A DNA stretch of 64,000 bases, taken from Vampirovibrionaceae bacterium NZW_1234. GTDB taxonomy: Bacteria; Cyanobacteriota; Vampirovibrionia; Vampirovibrionales; JAGQHJ01. The position numbers were made by a program, and so were the translations under genes. Numbering within the stretch: position 1 is the first letter of the stretch; every line of letters starts with the position of its first letter. The notes below the pieces were generated by a model, which saw only the letters and a list, made by a program, of their open reading frames with translations, was not told the DNA's origin and ran no database searches. The stretch is taken from contig JBGUGD010000016.1 in the NCBI GenBank assembly GCA_041697335.1, positions 32,001 to 96,000 on the forward strand. Reading direction: 5' to 3'. This document shows positions 38,763 to 48,878 of the stretch, one piece after another.

Positions 38763-40574
38763 TTACGCCCAGTACACGTTATGATTATTCAATCGCATGG
38801 CGGTATTGATAATCGCCACATGGGTATACCCTTGGGGAAAATTTCCGGTTTGTTCCCCAGTCTTGGGATCAATGTCTTCAGAAAACAAGCCCAAATGATT
38901 GGCATACTGCAGGATATTGTCAAAGTAATACTGGGCCTTTTTATTCTCTCCGGCTTGAGCCAGCGCATCGATCATCCAAAACGTACAGATGGTAAACGCA
39001 TTCTTGGGACAGCCAAAGTCATCCTCGTTGGTGTAGCGAAACGCCAACCCGTTGTCCATAAGTCGGCGTTCGCTTTCCAAAATGGTGCTCTTCATTCGCG
39101 GGTCTTTGGCCGAGATAAAGCCATAAACCGGCATTAACAAGGTACTGGCATCCAGATGAGGTGAACCATAGGATTGCGTAAATGCTTGCACTGACGGATT
39201 CCAGGCCTGGGATAAAATATCTGTCCGCATCCATTGACGCATCTGAGCCCAGCGCTTTGCCTCTGGCTTCGATAAATGCTTTGCAATACGAACGCCACGA
39301 TCCACCCCTACCCAACACATCAGCTTCGAGAAGGTGTAATGACGCCGAGCATTGCGAAACTCCCAAATACCATTGTCTTCTTCCGGGAATTTATCAATGG
39401 CCAGCTCCACCAAATGCAAGATAATCTGCCATAGGGTCTCCATATCCTCTCGCACAATGCGCTGATCAAAGAACATCGGGTATAACGCCTGCACCAGCTC
39501 CCCATAAATGTCATTTTGAAAGTGTGTTGTTGCTCCGTTACCGATACGAACCGGAGGACTATCAGCAAAGCCACGCCAATGGTCCAAAAACTCCTCATCC
39601 GGAACAGGACGCCCATGGATTGAATACAACGGTCTCAAATGTTCCAACATAGGCTCCTGGCCTTCGGTCAGGCGTGGCATCAGGATACTTTTTAAATACC
39701 CAATAAAGCCTTCCAATTCTTCAAATTGAGACAATTTCATCAAGGCATTCACAATAAAGTAGGAATCCCGAAGCCAGCAAAACCGGTAATCCCAATTGCG
39801 AGGTTCACCCACAATTTCAGGAATACTGGTTGTAGGGGCCGCAATAATGGCCCCCGTGTCTTCATAAACCAATAATTTCAGAGTCAAGGCAGAGCGGATA
39901 AGTTCACTTTGATAACTGGGGGGCAAATAGCAGTGCTTGACCCAATTGCGCCAAAACCGCGTTGTTCGACGAAACTGCTCTAAAACGTATTCAGCGCCGA
40001 CATTGGGTAAGGGGCTTTGATAGGAAAGGACGAAGTAAGTTCCTTGGGGCAGCAGGACTGGTTCTTGACGTAAAATAGCCTCAAGATCGATATTGGAGTA
40101 CAAGTATATCCGTTTGTCGCCACATGAGGCCACAATTGCGCCCTCTTCCTGCGAGAGAACGGTCTCCCCTCGCCCATAATTCATACGCGGTTGAAAGATG
40201 ATTGTCGCTTTTGGCTCGCCATGAGTGACTTCCACCAATCGATGAATTTCCATGGGTTTATACATCCCATCCGTCAAATGATAGCGAGGCATAAAATCGA
40301 TGAGGTTGAAGGCGCCCTGGTGACTAAAAAATGACGTCTCCAGTATGACTGTATTCTTGAGATACGTTTGCTCTGTACCATACACATCTTGGGGTTCAAT
40401 CCGAAAGGTACCACCAACCTCTTTATCCAAAATGGCGCCGAACACTGATGGACTGTCAAACGTTGGCATACAGCACCAGTCCAGGCTTCCCTGATTGGAA
40501 ATTAAGGCATTGATTTGGCCATTGCCAATTAAGCCATAATCCAGCAACGGGCTTCTTGTTCTATCCGTGGTCAT
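38763..40574 (-). CDS. Glycoside hydrolase family 15 (glucoamylase/trehalase-like)
   Basis: DYGLIGN, AAPTTSIPE, RNWDYRFCWLRD, GIWEFR, GNFPQGYTH. Confidence 0.93.
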   Translation of the reverse strand: MTTDRTRSPLLDYGLIGNGQINALISNQGSLDWCCMPTFDSPSVFGAILDKEVGGTFRIEPQDVYGTEQTYLKNTVILETSFFSHQGAFNLIDFMPRYHLTDGMYKPMEIHRLVEVTHGEPKATIIFQPRMNYGRGETVLSQEEGAIVASCGDKRIYLYSNIDLEAILRQEPVLLPQGTYFVLSYQSPLPNVGAEYVLEQFRRTTRFWRNWVKHCYLPPSYQSELIRSALTLKLLVYEDTGAIIAAPTTSIPEIVGEPRNWDYRFCWLRDSYFIVNALMKLSQFEELEGFIGYLKSILMPRLTEGQEPMLEHLRPLYSIHGRPVPDEEFLDHWRGFADSPPVRIGNGATTHFQNDIYGELVQALYPMFFDQRIVREDMETLWQIILHLVELAIDKFPEEDNGIWEFRNARRHYTFSKLMCWVGVDRGVRIAKHLSKPEAKRWAQMRQWMRTDILSQAWNPSVQAFTQSYGSPHLDASTLLMPVYGFISAKDPRMKSTILESERRLMDNGLAFRYTNEDDFGCPKNAFTICTFWMIDALAQAGENKKAQYYFDNILQYANHLGLFSEDIDPKTGEQTGNFPQGYTHVAIINTAMRLNNHNVYWA

Positions 40575-40998
40575 AATAGACCACACTAATACACGGCTTA
40601 ATCGCCTGTCTATGACACAAAAGGGCAGTGTTTCTAGGATTCCGACATCAGGCAGGATGCCATTTCATATCAAAAACAGTCCAGACCGGCCCTCCTCTTT
40701 AAATTAGCCAAGTGGCTGTTTTTAAAAGCGAGCCCTTCCATAAAACTAAGTCCTTGCTCCCTTCTCTCCTCTCATCAACCGAGCTTTAGGCCGAGCAACT
40801 TCCCCTGGCGCTCGTCAGCACAGTAAAATAAAGGCACAATAGAGAGGCTTAACGCAAAACCATCCTTTAGAAAAGTTAACGCAAAGGGTTTAGCGTTCCC
40901 GGTTTTTGGTATGTTAAGCATATGGACCCAACGCAATTTTTGCCCCCCTTTGGTGTTAACCATGTGTACACACAGAAACTTTGAGTGAAAGGCATGAA

Positions 40999-42006
40999 AT
41001 GGAGGATACCCCTGTGGCCGTCGAAATGCACATTCCTCAGCTGGAACGAAACCGTATGCTTGATGGAACCTGCAAAGTAAAGATTTTTACCGGACGTGCA
41101 AATCCGGAATTGGCGGAAGAAATCGCCCGGTATCTGGGGACAAGCCTCAGCCCGATTCAAATTAAGAATTTCAGTGACGGCGAAATTAATGTTAAAGTCC
41201 AAGAAAGCATCCGCGGGGATGATGTCTTCCTGATTCAACCCACCTGCAATCCTGTCAATGAAAACTTGATGGAATTGCTCATTATGATTGATGCCTTTAA
41301 GCGGGCCAGCGCGCGGACCATTAATGTGGTTCTACCCTACTATGGTTACGCTCGCCAAGATCGGAAAACTCAAGGCCGTGAAGCCATTACCGCGAAACTG
41401 GTGGCGGATCTGATCAGCACGGCAGGTCCGGATCGCATTATTGCCATGGATTTGCATACAGGTCAGCTCCAAGGCTTCTTTAACGTCAAAGTGGACCACT
41501 TGTACGCCACCCCTGTCCTGATTGACTATTTGCACCAGAAGAACTTTGATGATGTTGTTGTGGTCAGCCCGGATGCCGGGGGTGTAGAGCGGGCCCGGGT
41601 CTTTGCGAAAAAGCTTAATGCACCCATTGCCATTATCGACAAGCGCCGCTCGGGCCATAATATTGCCGAGGTCTACCACTTGATCGGGGATGTTCGCGGC
41701 AAAGATGCCATTATTGTGGACGATATGATTGACACCGCCGGGACAATCTGCGGCGGGGCTCGTATGCTTAAAGAACAAGGGGCTCGTCGCATTTTTGCTT
41801 GCGCCGCCCACCCTGTATTCAGTGGTCCGGCCCTGGAGCGTTTGGCAGAAGCCCCCATTGATGAAGTCATTGTCTCCAACAGTATTCCGCTGCGTCCGGC
41901 GGCAGAAGATGTCCCTAAGATTACTCAGTTGAGTGTGGCCCGTCTGTTAGGCGAAGCCATCGGCCGTATCCACGACGATATGTCCGTTAGCGAGATGTTT
42001 GAGTAG
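40999..42006 (+). CDS. prs: Ribose-phosphate pyrophosphokinase
   Basis: FSDGE, YGYARQDRK, DLH, VSPDAGGVERA, VDDMIDTAGT; start codon uncertain. Confidence 0.97.
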   Translation: MEDTPVAVEMHIPQLERNRMLDGTCKVKIFTGRANPELAEEIARYLGTSLSPIQIKNFSDGEINVKVQESIRGDDVFLIQPTCNPVNENLMELLIMIDAFKRASARTINVVLPYYGYARQDRKTQGREAITAKLVADLISTAGPDRIIAMDLHTGQLQGFFNVKVDHLYATPVLIDYLHQKNFDDVVVVSPDAGGVERARVFAKKLNAPIAIIDKRRSGHNIAEVYHLIGDVRGKDAIIVDDMIDTAGTICGGARMLKEQGARRIFACAAHPVFSGPALERLAEAPIDEVIVSNSIPLRPAAEDVPKITQLSVARLLGEAIGRIHDDMSVSEMFE

Positions 42007-42059
42007 TCTTCTCAGACTGACCTGTCCCTCGAAACACGTGAATAAGCCCCTTGGCGACA

Positions 42060-42866
42060 TTATTCTTTCGTCGGGATTGACTCCAAAATGGCCGGCGGCA
42101 AGGTGACAATGACACCCACCAATTTTTCAAGTTGCGTTACGGTGTGATCCAGTTCACGCACCAGCGGGGTGTCTTCACACGCTTTAAATTGTGTGACCAG
42201 GGCCCGATAATACCACATGGTCCCTTCTTTACCCCCTTTAAAGAGGCCAAAAACCCGATCACCCTGTTCACGATAATCACTCATGATGGTTCGGGCGTTG
42301 TGCAATTTGTCCGCCGCTGAGACCCGTCGAATCGAAGGCGTTGCCGTTGAAAGATGATCAATATAGGCTTTCTTCCGAGCCAACCACGGCGGTTTTGGCA
42401 GAACATCGGCGTCGGTACAGCCGTTAACAATCTCTAACACATCATCTCCAAAGCGTCGCCGAATTTCCTGACGCAACGACTCAGCACCCCCATACTTATG
42501 GGCCTGATCTTCGATACTGTCATGCAGCAAGGCCGCAATGATCTCATCCTCAGTCCCCCCATATTCCATAACAATACCAGCAACAGCCATTAAATGAGAA
42601 AGATAAGGTGTATCCGAACCTTTTCGGACCTGATCCCCATGTAATTCAGCCGCAAATGAGAAGGCTTCAAGAAACCGAGGCGTCAGGACAGTTTTACTGA
42701 AACCCTCTTTCGAAACCGCTTGCGCCTTTGATGTGCCTGAAAACTGAACCCGATCAATGCTCATCAAACAAGTCCTTTGCCCATGTCCAGGTGTTGTTTT
42801 GGGTCCCCTTCCAACCCAAACAGAATGACCAAAAGCATTTGAGCCAACCTGCACCTTCATCCCCAT
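42060..42866 (-). CDS. HD-domain (p)ppGpp hydrolase-like protein (small alarmone hydrolase / Mesh1-like) with an N-terminal extension
   Basis: AAELHGDQVRKG..PYLSH...V, AALLHDSIED, ADKLHNAR; AGGAG RBS. Confidence 0.85.
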   Translation of the reverse strand: MGMKVQVGSNAFGHSVWVGRGPKTTPGHGQRTCLMSIDRVQFSGTSKAQAVSKEGFSKTVLTPRFLEAFSFAAELHGDQVRKGSDTPYLSHLMAVAGIVMEYGGTEDEIIAALLHDSIEDQAHKYGGAESLRQEIRRRFGDDVLEIVNGCTDADVLPKPPWLARKKAYIDHLSTATPSIRRVSAADKLHNARTIMSDYREQGDRVFGLFKGGKEGTMWYYRALVTQFKACEDTPLVRELDHTVTQLEKLVGVIVTLPPAILESIPTKE

Positions 42867-43183
42867 CATCACTCCTACCATCGTAATTGAGTTTCTATTA
42901 AAGCATTTATCTGACAGGCCTTCAACCAGATAAATTCCAGAGTTGTGAACGTCCCTTCGGCCAAAAAGGCATCTCAATCAGGGCAACAAGAATGCTTCGT
43001 CCCTTGTTGGCAGAGCACCGCAAAAATACAAAGTTGACCATGCCAGCATCTGGATCAATTTTCTCGACACAAGTAGCAATAACATGGCTTGACGGGTTTT
43101 ATATTGCCATCACCCATACACTCAATCCACCATTCGATCCTCATTATGGATCAGCAACAGGCAACAAAGGAGAGTTATCACCT

Positions 43184-45514
43184 ATGCTCGCAACACCCTC
43201 GGCTCCTCAGCATCGATTGACGTCCTTATCTCGGCTCCTCACCGTCAGCCCTCACCGACGCACCTCAGCGGCTGTATTTCAAGTTCCAGATCAGGTTCAT
43301 CTTTCTCCACAAGAACCAAACCCCTATGCAAAGGCTGAATTCCAGCTAGCCCACCTGAAAAATGGGGCCAAGGTGACTGTGGGGCGAGAATCCGATGAAG
43401 ACAATCCCAACTTCATTCAAATGGGCAACGATTTGACCAGCCGCAACCACCTGGAACTGGTGAAAGTGAACCCCAACGAATATGATCTGACCGATGGTTT
43501 TCAAGGCAAGCCCTCCAAGAATGGCACCCACGTCAATGGGCAGAAAGTTGCCCAAGGTGAGGTAAAACGCATCAAGGCCGGTGATTTTGTTTATCTGGGA
43601 CGGCAATATGTCTGGGTGGTAGGAGACCCCGAGCAAACCAGACGATTTAATGCCCCCTACTCACAACGTATTAGTGCCATGGCTATTGGTGAAACCATGA
43701 CCCTGGGACGTGGAGATAATCAATTCCACCCGGAAGCCTTCATTATCCTCGGAACGAACAAAACCAGCCGGCAACATGCGCAACTTCGACGAACTGGAGC
43801 CAACACCTATGAAATACGGGATATTGGATCTCGTAACGGCACGTCGGTTAATGGTCGACAGTTGGAGGCTTGGGGTGAATGGTACCCGGTCACTGCCCAC
43901 GATACAATTCTTATGGGACAGGATTTTGAGCTCAAGCTACCAGTGGCTCAACATGCACAACCGATTAAAGAGCCGGTTGAGCAACGCATCCTGAATATGA
44001 AAAAGGGCGACGCTCTTGTCCTGGGACGCAAGCGAAATGGGGCCTATACGCCGCAACAATTCGTAGAAATCGGTGATGCCAATACCAGCCGAGAGCATGT
44101 AGAACTCAAAAAGATGGGCACCAACCGATATCGTCTTTTTGATCTGGGCTCGGTCAATGGTACCTGGGTCAATGACAAAATCGTGAAAAACTGGACCATG
44201 GTAAAACCTGGGGATCGAATTCGTTTGGGGGACACTGCTCCCGAATTTGTGATTCCGGAAGGACTGGAATCCAGAGAAGTCGAACACTCCATGTCGGAGA
44301 GCATTGCCAATTCCATCGTGGCAAACCCCTATGAAGATACTTATTTTCGTCCCTTACCGAAAAGCAAGAAAGAATTTGTCCAACGCACCCGTGTGGCACT
44401 CAACAATTATGCCGAACAGTTTGCCGACACCCATAACCTGCCCCGGATCATTTTACGAAACCTGTCTCCACGGGTGGCTCTTGCCCAAATGACAGGCTAT
44501 ATGCCGAAAGGCCACATCATTCAAATCAACCCAGACATTGTTCGGGACAATACACAGAAAATGCCGGAAGTGTTTGCCATTCATGAAGGCAATCATGGAT
44601 TTCGTGCGATCATACGCTCACTCTTGAGTCCGGAAGAGCGTCTTGGAGAGGTTGAAGCGCAACTGCTTGATGAACTGAAAAAAGGCAAGTCGGGCTCTGT
44701 CGTCCAAATTGTGGATGGACGCCCTGAACTAACCAGCCTTCCAAAAAACATTCGAAGAAAACACCGTGACAACTTGGTTGACCTTGTCCAAACCGTATTT
44801 CAACGGACTCCCGACTTCGTTAAAACCAGCGATGAAGGATTGCCCATTCTCTCTCAGGAAGGTAAAGCCTTTGTTCATCAGTTTGTATCCCGGACCCCGG
44901 GCTTCCCGACTGCCACTGCCGAATTGGTGCAAACAACTCAAGAACTCGTTGAACTGATGATCCACCGTCGTGCCTTAGTTTTAGGGCAAATTCCAGGTCA
45001 ACAAGGGGTCTTTGTTTCCGATGCCGATGTCCCCACCCTGAATGATGAGCCGATAAAGCTCAATGAAGAACAGAAAACCCTGGCAAAACAGTTTCTCAGA
45101 GAAACCATTCCAGCTTGGGAAGCGAATCTGGCTGCGATGCTTTGCTGGCAAAACGGGTTTCAAACCCCCAAAGACGTCATGATGCAATATTTAGGTTGTG
45201 CCGAGGAGGTCTCATCTCGCATGGCACCCGTAAATGTGATGCTCCAGGAGATTGATCGTATTCAAGAACAGCCGTTTTTACTGAACCGGCAAGCCTTGAT
45301 GCCCAAACTCGAAGCAGAACGAACCATGCTCGGTCACCAGACCACGGTCAACCAACTCACCCGAGAATGGGTGGACGTCTCGGACGCCTTGGTCGCTGAA
45401 GATCGCCCAAGGGAAATCGGCCAATTGCAAGCACGTCTCCGGGTAATTGAGAGCGAACTTAAGCTTTTAGTGCCAAAAGCCAACATGGACTACATGCCAA
45501 GCGACTATCAGTAA
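43184..45514 (+). CDS. Triple-FHA domain protein with a C-terminal HExxH region
   Basis: AAAGGAG RBS; three GR...SRxH...SxNGTxVN units; FAIHEGNHG. Confidence 0.85.
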   Translation: MLATPSAPQHRLTSLSRLLTVSPHRRTSAAVFQVPDQVHLSPQEPNPYAKAEFQLAHLKNGAKVTVGRESDEDNPNFIQMGNDLTSRNHLELVKVNPNEYDLTDGFQGKPSKNGTHVNGQKVAQGEVKRIKAGDFVYLGRQYVWVVGDPEQTRRFNAPYSQRISAMAIGETMTLGRGDNQFHPEAFIILGTNKTSRQHAQLRRTGANTYEIRDIGSRNGTSVNGRQLEAWGEWYPVTAHDTILMGQDFELKLPVAQHAQPIKEPVEQRILNMKKGDALVLGRKRNGAYTPQQFVEIGDANTSREHVELKKMGTNRYRLFDLGSVNGTWVNDKIVKNWTMVKPGDRIRLGDTAPEFVIPEGLESREVEHSMSESIANSIVANPYEDTYFRPLPKSKKEFVQRTRVALNNYAEQFADTHNLPRIILRNLSPRVALAQMTGYMPKGHIIQINPDIVRDNTQKMPEVFAIHEGNHGFRAIIRSLLSPEERLGEVEAQLLDELKKGKSGSVVQIVDGRPELTSLPKNIRRKHRDNLVDLVQTVFQRTPDFVKTSDEGLPILSQEGKAFVHQFVSRTPGFPTATAELVQTTQELVELMIHRRALVLGQIPGQQGVFVSDADVPTLNDEPIKLNEEQKTLAKQFLRETIPAWEANLAAMLCWQNGFQTPKDVMMQYLGCAEEVSSRMAPVNVMLQEIDRIQEQPFLLNRQALMPKLEAERTMLGHQTTVNQLTREWVDVSDALVAEDRPREIGQLQARLRVIESELKLLVPKANMDYMPSDYQ

Positions 45515-45535
45515 GAGCACCTTCAATGGATTAAA

Positions 45536-46816
45536 CTAGTTCTGTTCCCATGCTCGGAAGATTAGCGATGCATTATGTCCGCCAAACCCAAAAGAGTTGG
45601 ACATCGCAACCTTCATACCACTTACAGCACGAGCCTCATTGGGAACGTAGTCCAAATCACATTCAGGATCAGGTGTTTGCAGATTAATAGTCGGGGCAAC
45701 CATTTGGTGTTGTAAAGTTAACAGGGAAATTGCCGCTTCCGTGGAACCGGATGCACCCAACATGTGGCCCGTCATGCTCTTAGTCGAGCTCACCACTAAC
45801 TTACCAGGCTTGGAATGCTCGCCAAAGACATGCTTGATGGCCTTCGTTTCTGCAATATCCCCCAAGGGTGTGCTGGTGCCATGGGCATTGATGTAATCAA
45901 CAGCCTCCGGAGTCAACTCTGCATCACGTAAGGCTGCTTTCATCGCAATGACGGCTCCCGTACCTTCAGGTGGAGGAGATACAATGTCATAGGCATCCGC
46001 AGAACGTCCATAGCCAACAACTTCACCGTAAATTTTTGCCCCTCGGGCCAAGGCATGATTCAGCTCTTCCAAGATCAAAACAGAGGCACCTTCAGACATC
46101 ACAAAGCCGTCCCGATCAGTATCAAATGGACGACTTGCGTGCAAGGGATCATCATTTCGCATGGAAAGTGCCCGTGCTGCGGCAAACCCAGCCACCGAAA
46201 TAGGCGTAATCGGGGCTTCTGCACCACCTGCAAAGGCAACATCCGCTTCATCACATTGAATAATACGGAAAGCATCCCCAATCGAATGGGCTCCAGTGGC
46301 ACAAGCAGTCACCACAGCCATATTTGGTCCTTTAGCATTATATTCGATTGCGATCCGACCGGCTGCCATATCGCAGATCATCATGGGGACCAAGAACGGG
46401 CTGCATCGACGTGCCCCTTTAGCCATCACTTCTTTAATCTGAGTTTCAATGGTCCCAATTCCCCCAGCAGCACTACTGACCACGACAGCAAAACGCTCGG
46501 GAGCCACAGAATCCGGACTTAACCCAGAATCTTGATAGGCTTCTTTGGCAGCAGCCATGGCAAACTGGGTGTACCGATCCATCCGCCGGGCTTCTTTTTT
46601 GTCCATGTAATTCTCGGGATTGAAATCACGAACTTCACCCGCAATTTTACAGGACTGATCCGACGTATCGATCAAAGTCATCGGCCCAATGGCGCTCTCA
46701 CCGTGGGTCAAAGAATTCCAGAACGATTCAATGGTACTTCCAGAAGGGGTGATCAAACCCATCCCGGTGACCACCACCCGACGTTTTTCTCGGTTGGACA
46801 TATGCGTTACCGCCAA
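45536..46816 (-). CDS. fabF: Beta-ketoacyl-ACP synthase II
   Basis: [38 protein letters not shown]. Confidence 0.97.
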   Translation of the reverse strand: MAVTHMSNREKRRVVVTGMGLITPSGSTIESFWNSLTHGESAIGPMTLIDTSDQSCKIAGEVRDFNPENYMDKKEARRMDRYTQFAMAAAKEAYQDSGLSPDSVAPERFAVVVSSAAGGIGTIETQIKEVMAKGARRCSPFLVPMMICDMAAGRIAIEYNAKGPNMAVVTACATGAHSIGDAFRIIQCDEADVAFAGGAEAPITPISVAGFAAARALSMRNDDPLHASRPFDTDRDGFVMSEGASVLILEELNHALARGAKIYGEVVGYGRSADAYDIVSPPPEGTGAVIAMKAALRDAELTPEAVDYINAHGTSTPLGDIAETKAIKHVFGEHSKPGKLVVSSTKSMTGHMLGASGSTEAAISLLTLQHQMVAPTINLQTPDPECDLDYVPNEARAVSGMKVAMSNSFGFGGHNASLIFRAWEQN

Positions 46817-46879
46817 ACGGTTCGTAGGACCGTGTCTAAACTTTTAATTACAGGAAAACAAATGAGGGGGACAAGGAAA

Positions 46880-47125
46880 TTACTTGGAAACCCGCTCGAT
46901 GTAGTTCACAGCATCTTGCACCGTGACGATCTTTTCAGCTTCTTCATCAGGGATTTCGGTACCGAATTCTTCTTCAAAAGCCATAACCAGCTCAACGGTG
47001 TCGAGGGAATCAGCACCCAAGTCTGCTTGGAAGCTTGCTTCCGGGGTTACTTCTTTTTCATCAACGCTCAGTTGTTCAACAACAACTTTTTTAACCCGTT
47101 CAAACGTAGATGTGGTGGTGCTCAT
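46880..47125 (-). CDS. acpP: Acyl carrier protein
   Basis: [14 protein letters not shown]. Confidence 0.98.
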   Translation of the reverse strand: MSTTTSTFERVKKVVVEQLSVDEKEVTPEASFQADLGADSLDTVELVMAFEEEFGTEIPDEEAEKIVTVQDAVNYIERVSK

Positions 47126-47169
47126 GATTACAATCTCCGTTACTCATTAAACGTGCTGACTAAGTATAC

Positions 47170-47904
47170 TTACAAAACCAATCCACCGTCAACTTGAAGG
47201 ACTTGTCCCGTAATGTAGTGACCTGATGTTACCAGAAAGACAACGGTACTGGCAATATCTTCAGGCGTACCAAAACGGCCAAGAGGGATGTGCTCCAGAA
47301 CTTTATCGCTTCCCAAACCTTCTGTCATATCGGTGGCAATGAACCCAGGAGCTACTGCATTTACCCGTACATTACGACTGGCAAGCTCTTTGGCAACCGA
47401 CTTGGTTAAACCAATCATCCCTGCCTTACTGGCCGAATAATTGGCCTGCCCCGGATTGCCGTAAATCCCGGAGACACTCGTGATGTTAACAATAGACCCG
47501 TCACGCTGCTTCATCATAATCTTGCCAGCAGCTCGGGTCAGGTAGAACGCTCCGGTCAAATTGGTATCGATAACCTTCTGCCAATCCTCATCTTTCATTC
47601 GAATCAAAAGTGTGTCACGCGTAATACCGGCATTATTGACCAACACATCCAGGCGGCCATAACGATTCATCGCTTCATCAATTAAGAATTGGGCATCAGC
47701 AGCATTGGCCACATCGGCTTGAACAGCAGTGGCCTCTTGGCCCAGCACCCGTACCGTATTTTCCACCTCGGAGGCCGCTGCTTTATTGGAAGCATAACTA
47801 AAAACCACATGGTAGCCCGCTTCGGCCAGGGCAACAACACACGCACGGCCAATTCCACGGGAGCCTCCTGTTACAAGTGCAACTTTTTGTGTGGATTCCG
47901 ACAT
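47170..47904 (-). CDS. fabG: 3-oxoacyl-ACP reductase
   Basis: TGGSRGIG, NNAGITRD, YSASK. Confidence 0.97.
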   Translation of the reverse strand: MSESTQKVALVTGGSRGIGRACVVALAEAGYHVVFSYASNKAAASEVENTVRVLGQEATAVQADVANAADAQFLIDEAMNRYGRLDVLVNNAGITRDTLLIRMKDEDWQKVIDTNLTGAFYLTRAAGKIMMKQRDGSIVNITSVSGIYGNPGQANYSASKAGMIGLTKSVAKELASRNVRVNAVAPGFIATDMTEGLGSDKVLEHIPLGRFGTPEDIASTVVFLVTSGHYITGQVLQVDGGLVL

Positions 47905-48842
47905 TACACCAATATCCTTTCCTTCAAGCCATCAACGGTTTTAGCCAACGAGGCCTCATCAAAGACGTTATAAACGGTCGCCTCCCGATGAAATTTCTTC
48001 ACCATACCCGCCAGTACTTTGCCCGGCCCAATTTCCACATAGGTATCAATGCCTTGCTCCTTCATTCGAACCATCGTCTCGGTCCAACGGACTGAAGAAG
48101 GAATCTGCCTGGCCAGCTTCTCTTGAAACTGGATAGCTTTGGTCGTTGGTTGGGCATCGACATTGGTAATGACAGGAAATTCCCCATCCACAAAGGTCAC
48201 CGTGGCCAGAGCATTGCGAAAAACATCAGCAGGCCCTTGCATCAAGGGAGAATGGAAGGCCCCTCCGACAACTAACGGAATGACTTTTGCGCCTTGCTCC
48301 TTAGCTAGGGCAGACGCTTTCTCAACCGCAGCAGGTTCGCCTGAAATGACCACTTGGTCCGGCGTATTATAATTGGCCACCGTCACAATGCCCATATCGG
48401 CAGCGGCCTTCACCGCACCCTCAACCTGCTCCTGAGGCAAGCTTAAAACAGCTGCCATGGCCCCAGCAGGAGCGCTTTCCATGCACTCGGCCCGTTTATT
48501 CACCAGCATTACAACCGCTTCAAGAGATAGTACCCCTGCCGCATAGAGGGCAGCATACTCGCCTAAGCTATGTCCTGCCGCAACTTTGGGTGTGATCTTT
48601 GTGTGCTCTTGAAGCACGGTGTATGCCGCCAGGGAGACCGCCAATATAGCCGGCTGGGTATAACGAGTGCGTTTTAACGTGTCTTCGGGCCCTTCAAACA
48701 TGACTTGACACAAATCCGGTAAGACCCACTGATTGACCTGATCCATGAGTTGACGTGCCGTTGAATAATTTTCATAGAGGGCTTTTCCCATTCCAACAGC
48801 CTGAGCACCTTGCCCTGGAAATAAAAATGCAATGTCTGCCAC
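47904..48842 (-). CDS. fabD: Malonyl-CoA:ACP transacylase
   Basis: FPGQG.Q, TQPA, GHSLGE, GAFHS. Confidence 0.97.
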   Translation of the reverse strand: MADIAFLFPGQGAQAVGMGKALYENYSTARQLMDQVNQWVLPDLCQVMFEGPEDTLKRTRYTQPAILAVSLAAYTVLQEHTKITPKVAAGHSLGEYAALYAAGVLSLEAVVMLVNKRAECMESAPAGAMAAVLSLPQEQVEGAVKAAADMGIVTVANYNTPDQVVISGEPAAVEKASALAKEQGAKVIPLVVGGAFHSPLMQGPADVFRNALATVTFVDGEFPVITNVDAQPTTKAIQFQEKLARQIPSSVRWTETMVRMKEQGIDTYVEIGPGKVLAGMVKKFHREATVYNVFDEASLAKTVDGLKERILV

Positions 48843-48878
48843 GGTTATTGGCTCCTATAATACTGTCAAAATTCAAGA

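Noticed and set aside
40849..40885. Direct repeat TTAACGCAAA (two copies) upstream of prs
   Set aside because: Only two copies and no supportable structure or known regulator; too weak to call.
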